From Erysipelothrix sp. (GTDB lineage Bacteria > Bacillota_I > Bacilli_A > Erysipelotrichales > Erysipelotrichaceae): 55,903 nt of DNA. The notes beneath the pieces were generated by a model. The model was not told the DNA's origin, made no database searches, and saw nothing but the letters and a program-made list of their open reading frames with translations. The translations under genes were made by a program, and so were the position numbers. Below, in pieces: positions 8,928 through 19,078 of the stretch; position 1 is the first letter of the stretch; every line of letters begins with the position of its first letter. The stretch lies in contig DATBUC010000105.1 of assembly GCA_036516515.1 (NCBI GenBank), positions 1-55,903 on the forward strand. The letters are read 5' to 3'.

Positions 8928-10053
8928 AACAATTTATCTCGATGCAGCCAGCACTTTTCCAACAAGAAAAGAAATTGTGTCTGATGCTGCCAAATTAATG
9001 AATGAATATTATGGAAACGCTGACTCACTGCACCAAGCTGGTCAGCGTGTTTCACGTTTAATAGAGACCAGTCAAACGCAATTAGCGAAAATGCTCAACG
9101 TCACTCCGGAGGAAATTTTCTATACGTCTGGTGCCAGTGAGTCTAATTCATGGGCGATTATAGGTATCGCTTTAGCAAATCAAAAACAAGGCAAACACTT
9201 AATTACATCACAGATTGAACATGCCTCAAGCCTGAATGCCTTTCACTATTTAGAAAAAGAGTTTGGTTTTGAAGTAACTTATTTACCCGTCAACAAAAAG
9301 GGTTGTATTGAGTTAGAAACGCTCAGAAAATCATTGCGAGATGATACCACTTTAGTGAGTTTGTTTGCAGTGAATAATGAAGTAGGCAGTGTGCATCCAG
9401 TCACTCAAATTGCGCAAATCGTCAAAGCGCACTCAAATGCTTACTACCATGTGGATGCTGTTCAAGCCTTAGCCAAACATGAATTCTCGTTACAAGGGGT
9501 AGATGCAATCTCTTATTCAGCCCATAAAATAGGTGGACTTAAAGGAAGCGGTCTATTAATTAAAAGAGTGAATACGCCAATTCATCCCCTAATTTTTGGA
9601 GGCCAACAACAATACGGTTTACGTGGTGGGACGTTGAATAGCCCCGCAATGATATTATGGTCTAAGACCTTACGTTTGGCTTTAGAAGAAAGTAAAGCGT
9701 ATGCGCCGGAAATTAAAACGATGGCCCAATATCTCTATGATTATTTTGAAGATAAAGATGGCATTGAAATCCATAGTTCTCGTGATGGTTCTCCTTATAT
9801 CTTTAATTTATCAATTTTAAATGTTGGTTCAGAAATTATGATGAATGGTTTAAATCGTTATGGAATTTATGTCGCTTCGCAAAGTACTTGTCATAGTCAC
9901 CAAGCCCATTCTCATGTCTTAAGTGCAATGGGCAAATCTGCAGAAGCGTTGCATAGTAGTATTAGAATTAGTTTATCTTCTATGGTAAAATTAGAAGATA
10001 TTAAATTTGTGTGTGAAAAGATAATGGAGATAAAAAATTATGTACAAAATTGA
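8908..10053 (+). CDS. iscS: Cysteine desulfurase (IscS/NifZ type)
   Basis: IYLDAAST, TSGASESN, HVDAVQ, SAHKIGG, STCHS; precedes thiI. Confidence 0.9.
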   Translation: MPVVHNKTIYLDAASTFPTRKEIVSDAAKLMNEYYGNADSLHQAGQRVSRLIETSQTQLAKMLNVTPEEIFYTSGASESNSWAIIGIALANQKQGKHLITSQIEHASSLNAFHYLEKEFGFEVTYLPVNKKGCIELETLRKSLRDDTTLVSLFAVNNEVGSVHPVTQIAQIVKAHSNAYYHVDAVQALAKHEFSLQGVDAISYSAHKIGGLKGSGLLIKRVNTPIHPLIFGGQQQYGLRGGTLNSPAMILWSKTLRLALEESKAYAPEIKTMAQYLYDYFEDKDGIEIHSSRDGSPYIFNLSILNVGSEIMMNGLNRYGIYVASQSTCHSHQAHSHVLSAMGKSAEALHSSIRISLSSMVKLEDIKFVCEKIMEIKNYVQN

Positions 10054-11236
10054 ATATGAATTTATTTTATGTCGTTATGGTGAATTATCAACGAAAGGTA
10101 AAAACCGTCGCGATTTTTCAAGAAGATTGTTAAGGAATATCAAATCACAATTAAAATCATTTGAAAACTTAACATACCAAGCAACCTATGATCGTCTTTA
10201 TATCAACTTACATGGTGAAGATGGCTTAGCTGTCGCTGATAAATTACAACATGTCTTTGGCTTAAGTTCCTTTTCATTGGCTGCCAAAACAAGTCGTGAG
10301 ATGGCTGATATGGCTGCAGTAGCAACCGCGCTGATTCAAAACGAATCAGGTAAGACATTTAAAGTCTTTACGAAAAGACATGATAAATCTTATCCTGAAG
10401 TATCCGATACAATAAATCGTTTTGTCGCTGGCGAAATATTACGCAATACAGACTTTAAAGTCGATGTTCATCATCCTGATGTTGAAGTGATTGTTGAGAT
10501 ACGTAAAGATGCAACTTACATTATGATGGGTAAAATCTTAGGGGCCGGTGGATATCCTGTTGGCGTTCAAGGAAAAGTCATGATGCAATTATCAGGTGGA
10601 ATTGATTCTCCGGTAGCGGCATACTTAATGATGAAACGGGGCGTCAAATTAGAATTTGTGCACTTTGCTTCCCCACCTTATACCTCAGAAGCTGCCTTAA
10701 ATAAGGTTTTAGATTTAGCGAAAACACTCACTAAATACCAAAACCATGTACGCGTCCATGTGATTCCTTTTGCTGATATTCAAATGGAAATCTATAAAGA
10801 AGCACCTGAAAGCTATATGGTCACCTTAATGCGTCGATTTATGCTTAAAATTGCTAATGAATTAGCCAATCAAACCCAATGTTTAGCGATTGCGAATGGC
10901 GAAAGTTTAGGTCAGGTTGCCTCGCAAACATTACACAGCATGGAAGCCATTACCAAAATGGATTCCTTGCCAATTTTGAGACCATTGATTACTTATGATA
11001 AAATAGAAATCATAGATTTAGCGAAAAAAATAGATACATATGAAACTTCAATCTTACCATTTGAAGATTGCTGTACGGTATTCAATCCAAAAAATCCCGT
11101 TACAAGACCTAAAACTGATAAAATCGAAGCTTATGAAGCGAAGATGGATGTCGATGCACTGATCAGTAAAGCAATCGAAAATATGACACACTATGATTTC
11201 AATTTTGGTGAAGAGCAAGAAGATTCATTTCTATAA
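10040..11236 (+). CDS. thiI: tRNA 4-thiouridine synthase
   Basis: RYGELSTKGKNR, THUMP domain, LSGGIDSPVA, GESLGQVASQT, EDCC. Confidence 0.97.
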   Translation: MYKIEYEFILCRYGELSTKGKNRRDFSRRLLRNIKSQLKSFENLTYQATYDRLYINLHGEDGLAVADKLQHVFGLSSFSLAAKTSREMADMAAVATALIQNESGKTFKVFTKRHDKSYPEVSDTINRFVAGEILRNTDFKVDVHHPDVEVIVEIRKDATYIMMGKILGAGGYPVGVQGKVMMQLSGGIDSPVAAYLMMKRGVKLEFVHFASPPYTSEAALNKVLDLAKTLTKYQNHVRVHVIPFADIQMEIYKEAPESYMVTLMRRFMLKIANELANQTQCLAIANGESLGQVASQTLHSMEAITKMDSLPILRPLITYDKIEIIDLAKKIDTYETSILPFEDCCTVFNPKNPVTRPKTDKIEAYEAKMDVDALISKAIENMTHYDFNFGEEQEDSFL

Positions 11237-11251
11237 TTAAGGGAGGATACT

Positions 11252-12547
11252 ATGGCATTTGATCAATTATCAAATCGATTACAAGATACATTTAGAAATA
11301 TGGTTGGAAAGGGAAAACTTTCCGAAAAAAATATTAAAGATGCTTTAAGAGAAATAAGGATTTCTTTATTAGAAGCTGATGTCAGCTTAGAAGTGATTCA
11401 AGAATTATTAGATCATGTTCAAGAAGAAGCCCTAGGCATGAAAGTGACCCGCGATGTAGATCCGGCAGAAATGTTTGTTAAGATTGTGAATGATAAACTG
11501 GTTGAGATTTTAGGGTCAGAACATGCCCCTTTAGAATTTGCGCAAACCCCAGGTATTTTAATGATGGTTGGGCTTCAAGGGAGTGGTAAAACCACCAGTG
11601 TGGCCAAAATTGCCTATCATTTAAAGAAACGCGAAAATAAAAAGGTTTTAATGGTCGCTGCTGACTTAGCACGTCCTGCTGCCGTAGAACAGCTCCATGT
11701 TTTAGGAGAGCAAATTGGTGTTGATGTCTTTAGTCAAAAAGACACTGATCCTGTTGATGTTGTGAAAAACGCCTTAAAAGAAAAACATAACTATGATGTC
11801 TTATTGATTGATACAGCCGGACGTCTACAAATTGATGACGCTTTAATGGATCAAGTTTTAGATATTCAAAAAGTGGCGCAACCTGATGAAGTGTTGCTCA
11901 GTGTTGATGCGATGAGTGGTCAAGATATTATTAACGTGGCTGCTGGTTTTGATGAGAAGTTAAGTTTAACTGGTTTAATGGCTACTAAATTTGATGGGGA
12001 TGCGCGTGGGGGTGCGATTTTATCAGTTCGTGCCTTAACGAATGTACCGGTTAAATTTGTTGGTGTGGGTGAAAAAATAGAAGATATGGAAACATTCCAT
12101 CCTGATCGTGTTGCTTCCCGTATTTTAGGGATGGGTGATATTGTTTCATTGGTCGAAAAAGCCCAAGAAAAAATGGATCTAGAAGCCAGTGAAAAAGCAG
12201 CTGAGCGCATGATGAAGGGTGAATTCACTATGGATGATCTCTTAACTCAAATGCAACAAGTCACCAAAATGGGGCCTTTATCCGGGCTTTTAAAAATGGT
12301 TCCAGGTGCTAATAAATTCGCCGCACAAATTGATGATGATAGTGCTTCAAGTGAATTTAAGAAAATTGAATCGATGATTTTAAGTATGACACCAGAAGAA
12401 CGTCAAAATCCAAGCTTAATTCGTTCATCACGTAAAAGAAGAATTGCCGAAGGATCAGGCAATACAGTGACAGATGTCAATCGTTTATTAAAACAATACG
12501 ACCAAATGAAAAAACAAATGAGAATGTTCTCAAGAATGCTGGGTTAG
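11252..12547 (+). CDS. ffh: Signal recognition particle protein
   Basis: GLQGSGKTT, DTAGR, TKFDGDARGG, M-domain. Confidence 0.98.
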   Translation: MAFDQLSNRLQDTFRNMVGKGKLSEKNIKDALREIRISLLEADVSLEVIQELLDHVQEEALGMKVTRDVDPAEMFVKIVNDKLVEILGSEHAPLEFAQTPGILMMVGLQGSGKTTSVAKIAYHLKKRENKKVLMVAADLARPAAVEQLHVLGEQIGVDVFSQKDTDPVDVVKNALKEKHNYDVLLIDTAGRLQIDDALMDQVLDIQKVAQPDEVLLSVDAMSGQDIINVAAGFDEKLSLTGLMATKFDGDARGGAILSVRALTNVPVKFVGVGEKIEDMETFHPDRVASRILGMGDIVSLVEKAQEKMDLEASEKAAERMMKGEFTMDDLLTQMQQVTKMGPLSGLLKMVPGANKFAAQIDDDSASSEFKKIESMILSMTPEERQNPSLIRSSRKRRIAEGSGNTVTDVNRLLKQYDQMKKQMRMFSRMLG

Positions 12548-12594
12548 GCTTGATTATCTGATTTGAATATGATAAATTATAAAGGCTTATGCAC

Positions 12595-12630
12595 TCTAGT
12601 TCCGCTATTGAAATGGATATGAACTAGTTT
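12595..12630 (+). ncRNA. L19 leader
   Basis: CTAGTTCCGCT...ATATGAACTAG hairpin directly upstream of rplS. Confidence 0.7.
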
Positions 12631-12654
12631 TAGAGAAGAAAGGATGTCAGAAAT

Positions 12655-12996
12655 ATGAATATTTTAGATAAAGTAACACAAACGCAATTACGTAATGACT
12701 TACCAGAATTTCGTTCAGGAAGTACAGTACGTGTAGACGTTATTATCCGTGAAGGCGATAAATCACGTATCCAGGCTTTTGAAGGTGTTGTAATCAAAAG
12801 AACAGGATCAGGTATTGCGGAAACATTTACAGTTCGTAAGATTTCATCAGGAATCGGAGTTGAACGTACATTCCCACTACACTCACCAATCATTGATAAT
12901 ATTACTGTTCTTAGAAATGGTAAAGTACGCCGTAGTAAATTATACTACCTCAGAGAGCGTTCAGGTAAATCAGCACGTATCGCTGAAAAACGCTAA
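12655..12996 (+). CDS. rplS: 50S ribosomal protein L19
   Basis: [35 protein letters not shown]. Confidence 0.99.
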   Translation: MNILDKVTQTQLRNDLPEFRSGSTVRVDVIIREGDKSRIQAFEGVVIKRTGSGIAETFTVRKISSGIGVERTFPLHSPIIDNITVLRNGKVRRSKLYYLRERSGKSARIAEKR

Positions 12997-13002
12997 GTTA
13001 TT

Positions 13003-13031
13003 AAAGCCGTATATGCATACGGCTTTTTCTT
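13003..13031 (+). terminator. Intrinsic terminator
   Basis: AAAGCCGTAT-atgc-ATACGGCTTT plus T-run. Confidence 0.8.
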
Positions 13032-13049
13032 TATGAATGGGGGAGTATT

Positions 13050-13613
13050 ATGGAACAAAAAGACGATCGTTTTCTCAGTTTATTAAAAAGTTTTATCGAA
13101 AGCTTGATTATTAGTTTGGTTATCGCCATTGTGTTAACCCAATTTATTATCAGACCTGTCCGCGTGGAGGGGCTTTCAATGTACCCAACCTTAAATGATA
13201 AGGAATTGGGCTTTTCCAATATCATCGTGACTAAAATAAGCAGTGTAAAACGCTTTGATGTCGTAGTGATCCATTTAAAAGATCAAAACAAATATATTGT
13301 TAAGCGTGTCATTGGTTTACCAGGTGAAGAAATTGAGTATCGTGATGAGGTCCTTTATGTTAATGGTGAAGCCTTAGATGAGCCCTTTTTGGATAATCCG
13401 CATCATAACGCTTTTGTCAATGATGAAAGAGAATTTATGCAAGATTTTGGGCCGATTATCGTAGATGAAGATCATTATTTTGTCTTAGGTGATAACCGTC
13501 CGAATTCAATCGATTCGCGAAATTATGGCTTATTTAGTAAAGATATGATTAGTAGTAAAAATGTTTTTGTATTTTTACCTTTAAAAAATGTACGAAGGGT
13601 GCGACGTCCATGA
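13050..13613 (+). CDS. lepB: Signal peptidase I
   Basis: GLSMYPTL, VKRVIGLPG, GDNRPNSIDSR. Confidence 0.95.
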   Translation: MEQKDDRFLSLLKSFIESLIISLVIAIVLTQFIIRPVRVEGLSMYPTLNDKELGFSNIIVTKISSVKRFDVVVIHLKDQNKYIVKRVIGLPGEEIEYRDEVLYVNGEALDEPFLDNPHHNAFVNDEREFMQDFGPIIVDEDHYFVLGDNRPNSIDSRNYGLFSKDMISSKNVFVFLPLKNVRRVRRP

Positions 13614-14401
13614 GTGTACATTGGTATCCAGGTCATATGGCCAAAGCATTTCGTTTAATTGAAAATGAAGTAAAGAAAGTGGATTTTGTGATTGAATGTC
13701 GTGATGCACGTGCTCCATTATCAAGTCGGAATCCCGTTCTAGGCGATAAAATTGCCAATAAACCCAAGTTGATTCTGTTACTCAAGAAGGATTTAGCCGA
13801 TCCCAATGAAAGCCAAAAATGGCTTAAACATCTTAAAGATGAAGGAAACTATGTGCTCTTGCTTGATACATTGAAAGATCCCGTACCCAAATTGCTGATT
13901 AGTGAGATTGACAAGATGATGCAATTTAAACGAGAACGAGAGAAAAGACGGGGGATGAAACGTCGTCCTGATCGGGCCTTAATTGTGGGTGTACCCAATG
14001 TAGGTAAATCAACTTTAATTAATCAATTATCAAAAAGAAAAGCGGCTGCAGTTGAAAATAGACCGGGCGTTACCCAAGCACTTAAACTGATACAAGTCAA
14101 TCAATACCTCGACTTAGTTGATACACCAGGGGTTTTATGGCCGAAATTTGATACAAAAGAAATGGGCTTACATTGTGCTTTAGTAGGCTCTGTTAAAGAC
14201 ACCGGCTTTGATTATCACACTGTTTTAGATTACGCTTTAGAAAAACAGGGTCATGATCCGCAAACTTTTTTAGAGAAATTTGCGCTTGAAAAAGGACTTT
14301 TGGGCAAAGATGGTCAAGCTGATATCACGAAAGCAAGCGAACGCTATTTGAATGAATTACAAAATGGAAAGCATGGTAGAATCACATGGGACAAGCTTTA
14401 A
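13610..14401 (+). CDS. rbgA: Ribosome biogenesis GTPase RbgA
   Basis: WYPGHMAKA, DARAPLSS, GVPNVGKST, DTPG. Confidence 0.96.
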   Translation: MSVHWYPGHMAKAFRLIENEVKKVDFVIECRDARAPLSSRNPVLGDKIANKPKLILLLKKDLADPNESQKWLKHLKDEGNYVLLLDTLKDPVPKLLISEIDKMMQFKREREKRRGMKRRPDRALIVGVPNVGKSTLINQLSKRKAAAVENRPGVTQALKLIQVNQYLDLVDTPGVLWPKFDTKEMGLHCALVGSVKDTGFDYHTVLDYALEKQGHDPQTFLEKFALEKGLLGKDGQADITKASERYLNELQNGKHGRITWDKL

Positions 14402-15000
14402 TTGCTTATGAAAAAAACTATTGGGAGCAAGAACTGTTGGTTGTTGGTCTTGACGAAGCAGGTCGTGGGCCCATGGCTGGGCCTTGCGTAGTAGCAGGGG
14501 TAGTTTTTCCGCTTGGTTTTTATCATGAAGAAATTAATGATTCAAAAAAACTAAGTGATCAAAAAAGACGAGATTTAGTATCATTAATTAAAGAAAATGC
14601 CCTTTGGTATGATATTTATGTCGTTGATATTGCCATGATTGAGCGCTACAATATTTATCAAGCAACCAAGTTAGCCATGGAAGTTTTAAGTAAGAAAAGT
14701 AAGGCTAAAGTTGCCTTGACCGATGCTTTACCCATACAAGTTTCAGGGGTAAAAAATGAAAGCATTATTAAAGGAGATCAAAAATCAATCTCGATAGCGG
14801 CTGCCAGTATTTTAGCGAAAACATATCGTGATGATATCATGATTGAATATGATGCCCTTTATCCTGAATATGGTTTTAAAAATCATAAAGGTTATGCTAC
14901 CAAAGCGCATAAAGAGGCAATTTTGAAATATGGACGCTGTCCCATTCATCGCCCTTCTTTTCGCTTTAAAGATGAGGACCAAATATCACTCGATATTTAG
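14386..15000 (+). CDS. rnhB: Ribonuclease HII
   Basis: GLDEAGRGP, DSKKLS, KGD, IAAASILAK, HKGY. Confidence 0.96.
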   Translation: MGQALIAYEKNYWEQELLVVGLDEAGRGPMAGPCVVAGVVFPLGFYHEEINDSKKLSDQKRRDLVSLIKENALWYDIYVVDIAMIERYNIYQATKLAMEVLSKKSKAKVALTDALPIQVSGVKNESIIKGDQKSISIAAASILAKTYRDDIMIEYDALYPEYGFKNHKGYATKAHKEAILKYGRCPIHRPSFRFKDEDQISLDI

Positions 15001-15042
15001 GACTTATCTTTTTTTATGCCTATTTCATCATTGAGGTGACTT

Positions 15043-15771
15043 ATGCGTAATTATTTAAAAAATCTTGCCATTCATTATCACGGAAATCAAAGAAAGATTA
15101 AAAAAGCATTATTAACGCAGCAAAATGTGCCCGAATACAAATGCGATTGTTCTTATCTTACGATTATTGATAAGCATTATCCTGCACGTTTATTAGAACT
15201 TTATGATCCACCGTTTGTTTTGTTTTATCAAGGAAATCTGGCTTTACTAAGAAAAACATGCAGTGGGGTGATTGGCAGTCGTCAAGCCAATACGTATGCT
15301 TTAAATGAAACGCGTGATTTAGTGAATCAACTGAAGCAAACAGATGTGATTGTGTCAGGTTTAGCTTATGGCATAGATGTACAAGCACATCAAACAGCCT
15401 TAGATTGTGATACAATTGCGATATTAGGTAATGGTTTGGATTGCTATTATCCTTATGCGCATCAAAACATTCAAAATGAAATGATGCGTAAGCATTTAGT
15501 CATCAGTGAATTTCCCCAAGGGGTCAAACCGCGACCCTATCACTTCCCAGTCCGTAATCGGCTCATTGCCGCTTTGTCTGATCGTATTTTTATTATGGCA
15601 GCCAGTGAAAAAAGTGGTACAATGCATACAGCAAACATCAGCTTAGAACTGAATAAAGCTATTTATGTCTTACCGCATCGCGTTGATGAGATGACAGGCC
15701 AAGGATGTAATCGTTTAATCTTAGAAGGCGCAATGATATTGACAAAAAGTAATGGTTTATACAATATATAA
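15043..15771 (+). CDS. dprA: DNA-processing protein DprA (short form)
   Basis: YDPPFVLFYQGN, IGSR, VSGLAYGID, FPVRNRLIA. Confidence 0.93.
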   Translation: MRNYLKNLAIHYHGNQRKIKKALLTQQNVPEYKCDCSYLTIIDKHYPARLLELYDPPFVLFYQGNLALLRKTCSGVIGSRQANTYALNETRDLVNQLKQTDVIVSGLAYGIDVQAHQTALDCDTIAILGNGLDCYYPYAHQNIQNEMMRKHLVISEFPQGVKPRPYHFPVRNRLIAALSDRIFIMAASEKSGTMHTANISLELNKAIYVLPHRVDEMTGQGCNRLILEGAMILTKSNGLYNI

Positions 15772-15786
15772 GTAAGGAGTGTATTT

Positions 15787-17808
15787 ATGAAAAATTTAGT
15801 AATTGTGGAGTCACCTTCAAAATCAAAGACAATTGAAAAATATTTAGGTCCAGATTTTGAAGTTGTCTCATCGAAAGGACATATTCGCGATCTTGCCACA
15901 CGTGGTAAAGATGGTTTGGGTGTTGACTTTGAAGATGATTTCAAGGCAACCTATAGTATTTCCCGCCAGAAGAAAGACGTCGTTAAAGAATTAAAGAAAA
16001 AAGCTAAAGATGCCGATTATGTTTATCTTGCAACTGACCCTGACCGTGAAGGGGAAGCAATTTCATGGCACTTAGCCCAAGAACTCGAATTAGATTTAAA
16101 TGAAAAAAACCGTGTTGTGTTTAATGAGATTACCAAAGACGCTGTTTTAAAAGCATTTGAAAGTCCTCGTCAAATTGATATGGATTTGGTTAAATCACAA
16201 GAAACAAGAAGAATCTTGGACCGAATTATTGGGTTTAAACTGTCAAAGTTACTGCAATCAAAAATCCGCAGTAAAAGTGCCGGCCGCGTCCAGTCAGTTG
16301 CTTTAAAACTGATTGTCGATCGAGAAAAAGAAATTGAAGCCTTTGTCCCAGAAGAATACTGGAGTGTTTTAGCGTTTTTTGAAAACGAAGGAAATGAAAT
16401 TGAAACAACGGCAGCTCGTTATAAAAATAAAAAATTAGAGCTAAAAAGTAAAGAAGATGCAGATAAGGTCTTAGCAGCCACCCAAGGCGAATTTGTGATT
16501 TCGAAACTTGAGAAAAAGCAACGTAAAAGAGCACCGAAATTACCATTTATTACCTCAACCTTACAACAAGAAGCTTCGACACGTTTAGGCTTTGCTTCTC
16601 GAAAAACAATGCGTGTAGCGCAAAAACTATATGAGGGAATTGAAATGGGTGGCGAAAACGAAGGTTTAATCACTTATATGAGAACAGACTCAACCCGTTT
16701 AAGTGATGTGTTTGTTAAAGATACCAAAGCTTATATCGAAAACCAATATGGCAAAAAGTATGTTGGTAAATACCGTGCAGGTAAAAAGACTGACAATCAA
16801 CAAGATGCGCACGAAGCGATTAGACCAACCAGCATTCATCGAACACCTGAGTCTGTTAAACAATACCTCAGCAAGGATGAATACAGCCTGTATCGCTTTA
16901 TATATCGTCGTGCACTGGCTTCACTTATGGCTTCAGCTGAATTTGATGCAATCAGTGTTGTTTTCTCGCAAAATGATTATGATTTCAATGGTAGTGGGCA
17001 AATCCTCACCTTTGATGGTTACATGCGTGCTTATGATTATGAGAAATCATCAGATAAAATTATGGGTAAATTAGATGAAAACAAAAAATACAAGGCTGAA
17101 AAAATTGAAGCCAACCAACACTTTACCCAACCACCTGCTCGCTATACTGAAGCGCGTTTAATCAAAGAACTTGAAGAACAAGGAATTGGCCGACCAAGTA
17201 CCTACTCGATGATTTTAGATACAATTGTCTATCGTGCCTACGCGACTTTTGGGGCAGTTTCAGAAACTTCCCGAACAAAAGTTTTCAAACCCACTGAGCA
17301 AGGGGTTTTAACCAGCGAGAAATTAGATGAACACTTCTCAGATATTATTAACGTTGATTATACCGCCAAAATGGAAGCGGAATTAGACGAAATTTCCGAA
17401 GGCGATAAAGATAACGTGAAAGCCTTACAAGACTTTGTCGATAAATTCTATCCACTTTTAGAAGAAGCAGATAAAAATATGGAAAAAATTGAACCAGAAA
17501 AATTAGGTGAGGCATGTCCTGATTGTGGTGGTGATTTAGTCTATCGCTTTGGTCGTTATGGTAAATTTATCGCCTGTTCTAATTTCCCAGACTGTCGCTA
17601 TAATCGCGCATTAGATCAAGATAAAAAAGCGGAACCTGAATATACAGGGGAAATCTGTCCTGAATGTGGGGAAAAATTGATTAAACGAAAAAATAGATTT
17701 GGTACCTATTTTGTTGGTTGTTCAGGCTTTCCAAAATGCCGCTACATCCAACCCAATAAAAAGAAGAAAAAGGCGGAAGATAAAGATGGCGAAGAAACAG
17801 AAGATTAG
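15787..17808 (+). CDS. topA: DNA topoisomerase I
   Basis: LVIVESPSK, ATDPDREGEAI, SAGRVQS, LITYMRTDS, two C-terminal Zn ribbons. Confidence 0.98.
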   Translation: MKNLVIVESPSKSKTIEKYLGPDFEVVSSKGHIRDLATRGKDGLGVDFEDDFKATYSISRQKKDVVKELKKKAKDADYVYLATDPDREGEAISWHLAQELELDLNEKNRVVFNEITKDAVLKAFESPRQIDMDLVKSQETRRILDRIIGFKLSKLLQSKIRSKSAGRVQSVALKLIVDREKEIEAFVPEEYWSVLAFFENEGNEIETTAARYKNKKLELKSKEDADKVLAATQGEFVISKLEKKQRKRAPKLPFITSTLQQEASTRLGFASRKTMRVAQKLYEGIEMGGENEGLITYMRTDSTRLSDVFVKDTKAYIENQYGKKYVGKYRAGKKTDNQQDAHEAIRPTSIHRTPESVKQYLSKDEYSLYRFIYRRALASLMASAEFDAISVVFSQNDYDFNGSGQILTFDGYMRAYDYEKSSDKIMGKLDENKKYKAEKIEANQHFTQPPARYTEARLIKELEEQGIGRPSTYSMILDTIVYRAYATFGAVSETSRTKVFKPTEQGVLTSEKLDEHFSDIINVDYTAKMEAELDEISEGDKDNVKALQDFVDKFYPLLEEADKNMEKIEPEKLGEACPDCGGDLVYRFGRYGKFIACSNFPDCRYNRALDQDKKAEPEYTGEICPECGEKLIKRKNRFGTYFVGCSGFPKCRYIQPNKKKKKAEDKDGEETED

Positions 17809-19078
17809 AGTTGTTGGGGCTGGCCTTGCTGGGAGTGAGGCAGCCTACCAATTAGCTAAAAATGGTTATGAAGTTGAATTATATGAAATGCGTCCTGTAA
17901 AAATGACCCCAGCCCATACAGGAGATAAATTTGCGGAATTAGTTTGTTCTAATTCTTTTCGTTCTAACGATTTAAAAAATGCAGTCGGGATTATCAAAGA
18001 AGAAATGCGTCGCTTTGATAGTTTAATTATGCAACAAGCAGCGCTCCATCAAATTCCAGCGGGGAGTGCATTAGCGGTTGATCGTGAAGGTTTTAGTGCC
18101 AGTGTGAGTGAAATCTTAAAAGCAATGCCTAATATTACCGTTGTGAATAAAGAATTTACTGAATTAGACGACACACCAACTATCATCGCAACGGGCCCTT
18201 TAACATCAGAAAAACTAGCGCAAACATTGCAAGAAAGTTTTGGTCAAGATGATTTACACTTTTATGATGCGGTAGCGCCGATTGTTTCTGTCGATAAAAT
18301 TAATTTTGATATTGCCTATCGTAAATCACGTTATGATAAAGGGGATGGTGATGATTATATCAACTGTCCAATGGATCAAGAAACCTTTATGAACTTTTAT
18401 CAAGAAGTACTGAAGGCAGAACAAGCACCGATGCGTGAATTTGAAGACGTGAAGGTATTTGAAGCGTGTATGCCCATTGAAGAGATGGCACAGCGGGGGA
18501 TGAAGACAATGCTTTTTGGTCCTTTAAAACCCGTAGGCTTAGAGACACCCGATGGTAAAAGACCTTATGCCGTAGTGCAATTACGTCAAGATGATGCCGC
18601 TGCATCACTTTACAATTTGGTCGGCTTTCAAACTCGGATGAAATGGCCCGATCAAAAACGTATCATTCGTATGATTCCTGGCTTAGAAAACGTTGATATT
18701 GTGCGCTATGGTGTGATGCACCGGAATACTTATTTAAAAGCGCCGTTAATTATGAACGAGTATTTCCAAAGTAAACTGCATCCGCATATTTTCTTTGCTG
18801 GTCAAGTCAGTGGGGTTGAAGGTTATGTTGAATCCGCCAGCTCAGGGCTTTATGCAGCTTTAAATATGATGGAGTATTTAGAAAAAGAAACAATCACCGG
18901 TTTAAGTGGTCATACGATGATGGGCTCTTTAGGACGCTATGTTGCTAATGCCAATCCAGAAAAATTCCAACCGATGAATATTAATTTTGGTATTGTGACT
19001 GATGCGATTAAAGATCGTGAGCAAATGGCAAAGAGAAGTTTGCGTGAGATTGATGCCTACATCAAAAACAATGCTTGA
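17786..19078 (+). CDS. trmFO: tRNA (uracil-54) methyltransferase TrmFO
   Basis: VGAGLAGSEAA, AELVCSNS, GVEGYVES; start moved to ATG 17786. Confidence 0.96.
   Translation: MAKKQKIRVVGAGLAGSEAAYQLAKNGYEVELYEMRPVKMTPAHTGDKFAELVCSNSFRSNDLKNAVGIIKEEMRRFDSLIMQQAALHQIPAGSALAVDREGFSASVSEILKAMPNITVVNKEFTELDDTPTIIATGPLTSEKLAQTLQESFGQDDLHFYDAVAPIVSVDKINFDIAYRKSRYDKGDGDDYINCPMDQETFMNFYQEVLKAEQAPMREFEDVKVFEACMPIEEMAQRGMKTMLFGPLKPVGLETPDGKRPYAVVQLRQDDAAASLYNLVGFQTRMKWPDQKRIIRMIPGLENVDIVRYGVMHRNTYLKAPLIMNEYFQSKLHPHIFFAGQVSGVEGYVESASSGLYAALNMMEYLEKETITGLSGHTMMGSLGRYVANANPEKFQPMNINFGIVTDAIKDREQMAKRSLREIDAYIKNNA

Noticed and set aside
15739-15765. Supercoiling-sensitive topA promoter TTGACA-15bp-TACAAT
   Set aside because: A promoter here is plausible, but the 15-bp spacer makes the element pairing uncertain; no regulatory claim can be supported
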